Source: Candidatus Omnitrophota bacterium (GTDB lineage Bacteria; Omnitrophota; Gorgyraeia; JAZDFF01). Taken from it: a stretch of DNA of 64,000 nt. Position 1 is the stretch's first letter, and each line of letters opens with the position of its first letter. A program made the position numbers and the translations under genes. The stretch spans positions 38,667 through 102,666 of the forward strand of contig JAZDFF010000042.1 in NCBI GenBank assembly GCA_043808095.1, in the 5' to 3' direction. The notes beneath the pieces are model-generated. The model made no database searches and was not told the DNA's origin. It was given only the letters and a program-made list of their open reading frames with translations. Below are positions 60,064 to 64,000 of the stretch, one piece after another.

Positions 60064-60110
60064 GCCCCTGCCGCTTTGATTCGCTTTGCTCATCAAAGCG
60101 AATCAGCAGG
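60064..60110. repeat. family H nested hairpin, inverted copy, between the two galT paralogs
   Basis: CCCCTGCCGCTTTGATTCGCTTTGCTCATCAAAGCGAATCAGCAGGGG. Confidence 0.9.
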
Positions 60111-60167
60111 GGGGATAAATCAGACATACAATTTACGTTCACTTCGTTCCGTAAATTGTGTCTTCAT

Positions 60168-61190
60168 TTAGACTTCCGTTTCCCTCATGAATTTTGCCGC
60201 GCTTTCAGGCGGCGTAGGACAGATATAAAAACCCGTACCCCACTCAAAACCCGCAACCCGAGTAAGCCTTGGGGTTATCTCTAAATGCCAGTGATAATCC
60301 TGGTCAATAGTCTTCCAATAACCTGCCTTGGGTCTTCTTAATGGAGCGGTATGTAATATAAAATTATAGGGCGGGTCATTAACACACTTCTTTAATTTAA
60401 GTAGAACTGTTTTTAATACCTGCGACAGGTCAGCTATCATCTGCGGTTTAATAGCCTGAAAATCGCAGGCATGTTCTTTGGGCAATATCCAGACCTCAAA
60501 AGGATAACGGCAGGCAAAGGGTACAACTGCTACAAAACCATCGATATCCAAGACAAGCCTTTCTTTACTTTCTAATTCCTGGCGAATTAAATCGCAGAAG
60601 ACACAGCGTTCGTGGTAATTAAAATAACGTTTAGACCCCTCAAGTTCTTCTTTTACCCGGCGGGGAGTAACAGGAGTGGCAATCAATTGAGAGCGCGCAT
60701 GTTTAATCCTTCCGGCGCCTGCGGCCCAGCCATAGTTTTTAAAAAGCAATATATATTTAAAACGCTTATCTTTCTCTAAATCAAAGACCCTGTCTTTAAA
60801 ACAATTAATAACCTTATTAATCTGCTCGGCCGACAAATCCGCAATATTACTGATATGATTAGGGGTCTCGATAATCACTTCATGCGCGCCTATGCCATTC
60901 ATCACATCAAAAAGGCCTTCTCCGCGCCTATCCAGGCCGCCTTCTATGCGAAGCAGCGGCTTGATGCTTGGTACAACTCTGACCTCCCAACCAGGTCCGT
61001 TTGCCCTGGTACGGGCAGGCCTAACCGCCATAATCTCAGGAGGGGTCTCGGATTCATGGCCTTCACAAAAAGGACACGTTCCTTCCTGAGGACCGGCCTC
61101 CATCTGGCCAAACTGATCAGGCCGTTTTGCCCTCTCAGTAGCAATAATAACCCAGCGACCGATTATAGGATCTTTTCTTAATTCCGGCAT
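60168..61190 (-). CDS. GalT-family paralog with substituted active site (KHARSQ instead of HPHxQ)
   Basis: Collinear with the upstream galT over its whole length. It keeps CPFC, but the nucleophile position of the H-P-H triad is Arg. Confidence 0.75.
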   Translation of the reverse strand: MPELRKDPIIGRWVIIATERAKRPDQFGQMEAGPQEGTCPFCEGHESETPPEIMAVRPARTRANGPGWEVRVVPSIKPLLRIEGGLDRRGEGLFDVMNGIGAHEVIIETPNHISNIADLSAEQINKVINCFKDRVFDLEKDKRFKYILLFKNYGWAAGAGRIKHARSQLIATPVTPRRVKEELEGSKRYFNYHERCVFCDLIRQELESKERLVLDIDGFVAVVPFACRYPFEVWILPKEHACDFQAIKPQMIADLSQVLKTVLLKLKKCVNDPPYNFILHTAPLRRPKAGYWKTIDQDYHWHLEITPRLTRVAGFEWGTGFYICPTPPESAAKFMRETEV

Positions 61191-61311
61191 AGCCTTCGTT
61201 TAACTGGAGGAGTTTACAATAATCTGTTTACAGTAAAAGATTTTTTTTACACAATTTACTAAAAAGTAACTCTCAAATTATATCACAGATGAAATCCGAT
61301 GCAAGAAAAAT

Positions 61312-62247
61312 CTATCCCAATGTATCGCCGGGGCTAATCTTGTGACCGGCAATAAAACTCCCTGCATCCAGAACCTTGGATGATTCTAATTGAAGCACCT
61401 TTATGGTTAAAATACCTCCTCCTGTGATAACAGAAATACCTTCCTTATTTACCTCACTAATATATCCCGGTAATTTTTTAGGCACTTCGGTAGGATTTTG
61501 GACTTCGCTCTTATAGATTTTAAGAAGCTCATCTTTATAATAGGTAAAGCTCCCCGGCCAAGGAAGCAACCCTCTTATGCGGTTATGAATTTCTAAAGAG
61601 GATTTTTGCCAATCAATCAGGCCGTCTTGTTTTTTTAGTTTGGGGGCGTAACTTGCCTCCTCTTCATTTTGTTCGGTCAGAGAAAAATCTCTATTTTCGA
61701 TTTTGTGTAATACCTTAGCAAAACTGGAGGCAGCCAACTTTGATAACTTGTCCTTAAGGCTTAGATAATCGTCGGAGGCCAAGATGCCAATTTTATCTTT
61801 TAAGATGATCTCGCCTTTATCCATAAACTCATTCATTTTTATAATGGTGATACCTGTTTCTTTATCGCCGTTAATGATTGCCCAGTTTATACAGGAAGCC
61901 CCCCGGTATTTAGGCAGGAGCGAGGCATGGATATTGATACTAAAGATTTTGGGAATCGCAAGAACCTCTCTTTTTAAAATCTGGCCAAAATGAACCACGA
62001 TAAATAGATCCGGGTTTAAAGACTCTAGATATTTTAGTGAATCAGGACTATTAATATCTTGAGGCTGAAAAACTGGGATTTCTTTTTTCAGAGCAGCCTC
62101 TTTAATCAAAGATGGTACTAATGGCAGATGCCTTCCTTTTCTGGTGTCGCCCCCGGTAACAACGGCTAAGACCTTATACCTTGATTCCATTAAAGTCTGG
62201 AGGCAGGGTAAAGCAAACTTATCAGTTCCGAAGAATACGATATCCAT
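61312..62247 (-). CDS. fmt: methionyl-tRNA formyltransferase
   Basis: N-terminal formyltransferase domain (SLLPKYRGASCINWAIINGDKETGITI) and C-terminal Fmt domain. Confidence 0.9.
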   Translation of the reverse strand: MDIVFFGTDKFALPCLQTLMESRYKVLAVVTGGDTRKGRHLPLVPSLIKEAALKKEIPVFQPQDINSPDSLKYLESLNPDLFIVVHFGQILKREVLAIPKIFSINIHASLLPKYRGASCINWAIINGDKETGITIIKMNEFMDKGEIILKDKIGILASDDYLSLKDKLSKLAASSFAKVLHKIENRDFSLTEQNEEEASYAPKLKKQDGLIDWQKSSLEIHNRIRGLLPWPGSFTYYKDELLKIYKSEVQNPTEVPKKLPGYISEVNKEGISVITGGGILTIKVLQLESSKVLDAGSFIAGHKISPGDTLG

Positions 62248-62303
62248 TTCTTTCTAAATTAATTACGATTTAAAGTTAACTATCAACGATTACTTATTTT
62301 ATA

Positions 62304-62396
62304 AACGGATGCATACGAATTATTACGCCTGCCTCACCGGCAGGCAGGGATGTCGCAGATAAAAATATCCGTATGAATCCGTGTTTTTCATCCGTT
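62304..62396. repeat. family G array plus family B palindrome in the priA-fmt gap
   Basis: AAACGGATGCATACG...CCTGCCTCACCGGCAGGCAGG...ATCCGTATGAATCCGTG...CATCCG. Confidence 0.75.
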
Positions 62397-62428
62397 TTAA
62401 TCTGCGAATAAAATATTTTTTAATCAAC

Positions 62429-64000
62429 TTAAAAATACGGGTCTACATCAATTATAACAGTAACCGAACCTTTTCTAAAGGACTTTATGTTTTTATCTAA
62501 AAGCTTGCGGATAGCCGTATGATTTTTAGATTTCAGCAGAATCTGCATCCTGAAATTCTCGCGTAATTTAAAGAGTGATGATTCATGGGGGCTTGATATA
62601 TTAACCGTGCTTTTAGTTTTAGTAAACGCATTAAATAAATCTTGCGATGCGTCTCTTGCTCTTGCCTCGTCTTTAGACTTCAGATAGACGCAAACCAAAT
62701 GTCCTACAGGAGGAAAATTAAGCTGCCTTCTGTTTTTGAGCTCCTCATTAATGAAATTCTGATAATCCGAGCTTTTAAGCGCCTTAAAACAATAATTTTC
62801 GGGATGAAAGGTCTGGATAATCATCTTTGAGTCAACCAGTAACGAAAGCCGCGCAAGAAGCGCATAGGTCCTTTCTGCAGACCTAAAGTCTACTCTATTT
62901 AATAAAGAATCTATTGCCAATACCCCCATAAGATCTATAGGGTGTTTTAATTGTTTGAGAATTATCTGGGATGAAACCAAAATATCAAAAGGCCCTTTCA
63001 GCGTTTTGTCTTTATCTAGTAGGGTTATCTTAAAGTTAGGGAAAATTCTAGCTATTTCACTTTCAATCTTTTCTGTTCCCAGGCCCTTAAAGACAATATA
63101 GGAACTGTTACATGCTGGGCAGATTTCAGGAAGAGGCATCTTGAAGTTGCAATGATGACAGCTCAACTGTTTCTTCGCATAGTAATAAGTAAGGCCGATA
63201 TTACATCTGGGGCAACGTAACAGGAGGCCGCAATTTCTACAGCGTGAAATACTGGCAAATCCTCCCCGATTGATAAAAAACGCTGCTTTTTTACCCGCAT
63301 CAAGAGTTTTCTTGGTCTCTTCTAAAAGTGCCCTGGAAAACAAAATCTTTTGTTTCTTGGCTGTTTGGTAGTGTCTACGCATATCCACAAGCTGTATCTG
63401 GGGAAGTTTTCTGTTAGAATCTTTTATCTTCAATAATTGCGCCAAACCTTTCTTAACCAGATAATATGATTCGAGACTCGGGGTGGGGCTTCTAAGAACC
63501 ACTGTGGTATGTTCCAAGCGGCCGCGCATAATGGCAACGTCTCTTGCATTATAATGCGGGACGTTTTCCTGCTTGTACACTGAACTCTCTTCATCATCAA
63601 CTATGATAAGCCCCAGTTTCTTTAAAGGGGAAAATACAGCTTTGCGGGTGCCTACGATTAGATCAAATTCATTCAATTTTGCCCTTTGCCAGATGTCTAA
63701 ATCTTGGCGGGCAGTTAAACTGCTATGAACTAAACCCACACTTAACGAAATCTTTGCTTTTATTGCCTGAATTGCCTCATGGGCTGCATTTAAATCAGGA
63801 ACCAGCAAAATTGCTCGTCTGCCTTGAGAAAAATTACTCTTGATTATTTCAATAAATGGCTGCCATCGGCCCAAACCGCAGTTATCATGAATAAGAAATA
63901 ATTTGAACTTATTGCTAACTAAGGCCTCATTTATTGTTTGTAATCTGGGGTCTTCACTCGTCTCGTAACTCCCTTCTTTTTTGTTAAGATCTTTGACCCC
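62429..64000 (-). CDS. priA: primosomal protein N' (PriA), C-terminal ~520 aa; N-terminus beyond window end
   Basis: CRNCGLLLRCPRCNIGLTYYYAKKQLSCHHCNFKMPLPEICPACNS zinc-binding region and helicase C-domain. The ORF-track 'start' at 63874 is an internal TTG; the frame stays open to position 64000. Confidence 0.85.
   Translation of the reverse strand, partial: GVKDLNKKEGSYETSEDPRLQTINEALVSNKFKLFLIHDNCGLGRWQPFIEIIKSNFSQGRRAILLVPDLNAAHEAIQAIKAKISLSVGLVHSSLTARQDLDIWQRAKLNEFDLIVGTRKAVFSPLKKLGLIIVDDEESSVYKQENVPHYNARDVAIMRGRLEHTTVVLRSPTPSLESYYLVKKGLAQLLKIKDSNRKLPQIQLVDMRRHYQTAKKQKILFSRALLEETKKTLDAGKKAAFFINRGGFASISRCRNCGLLLRCPRCNIGLTYYYAKKQLSCHHCNFKMPLPEICPACNSSYIVFKGLGTEKIESEIARIFPNFKITLLDKDKTLKGPFDILVSSQIILKQLKHPIDLMGVLAIDSLLNRVDFRSAERTYALLARLSLLVDSKMIIQTFHPENYCFKALKSSDYQNFINEELKNRRQLNFPPVGHLVCVYLKSKDEARARDASQDLFNAFTKTKSTVNISSPHESSLFKLRENFRMQILLKSKNHTAIRKLLDKNIKSFRKGSVTVIIDVDPYF

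Overview
This 64-kb window looks like a core chromosomal segment from a moderately AT-rich bacterium (GC content judged by eye only). I can support 53 protein-coding genes, and 52 of them are on the minus strand. I found no rRNA, tRNA or CRISPR. Read right to left in transcription order, the genes are:
- priA (5' truncated by the window end), fmt, and two tandem galT paralogs;
- gap, mnmG, a queG-like gene, purF, pgk, tpiA and secG;
- oppABCDF;
- a large TPR membrane protein, glgC, an argA-like GNAT, a 'four-helix-bundle' IVS-type cassette, and acd with etfB and a ferredoxin-fused etfA;
- a PilZ gene translationally coupled to smc, converging on the only plus-strand gene, a GAF-GGDEF diguanylate cyclase;
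- recA, a degP/htrA protease, recX and alaS;
- hisD, hisB and hisH; yggS and proC; mtnP and a PfkB kinase;
- ileS, a dksA-like gene, lspA, lgt and rluD;
- a coiled-coil membrane protein, aroA, mreBCD, mrdA and rodA;
- a TIGR03960-type radical SAM gene, a HAMP-GAF-degenerate-GGDEF membrane protein, a stand-alone MshEN-domain protein, and a pilB/gspE-family ATPase (3' truncated by the window start).

Three things stand out:
1. Recurring c-di-GMP signalling modules sit next to machinery genes: an MshEN-type gene triplet beside the pilus ATPase, and a PilZ gene coupled to smc.
2. At least ten families of short palindromic REP/MITE-like repeats densely colonise the intergenic spaces. They separate genes that are normally tightly linked, such as mrdA|rodA, recA|recX and oppA|B|C|D.
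3. One of the two tandem galT copies has lost the nucleophilic histidine.

I see no canonical defence island or mobile-element gene. The candidate 'new' biology is therefore regulatory or structural and is inferred rather than demonstrated.
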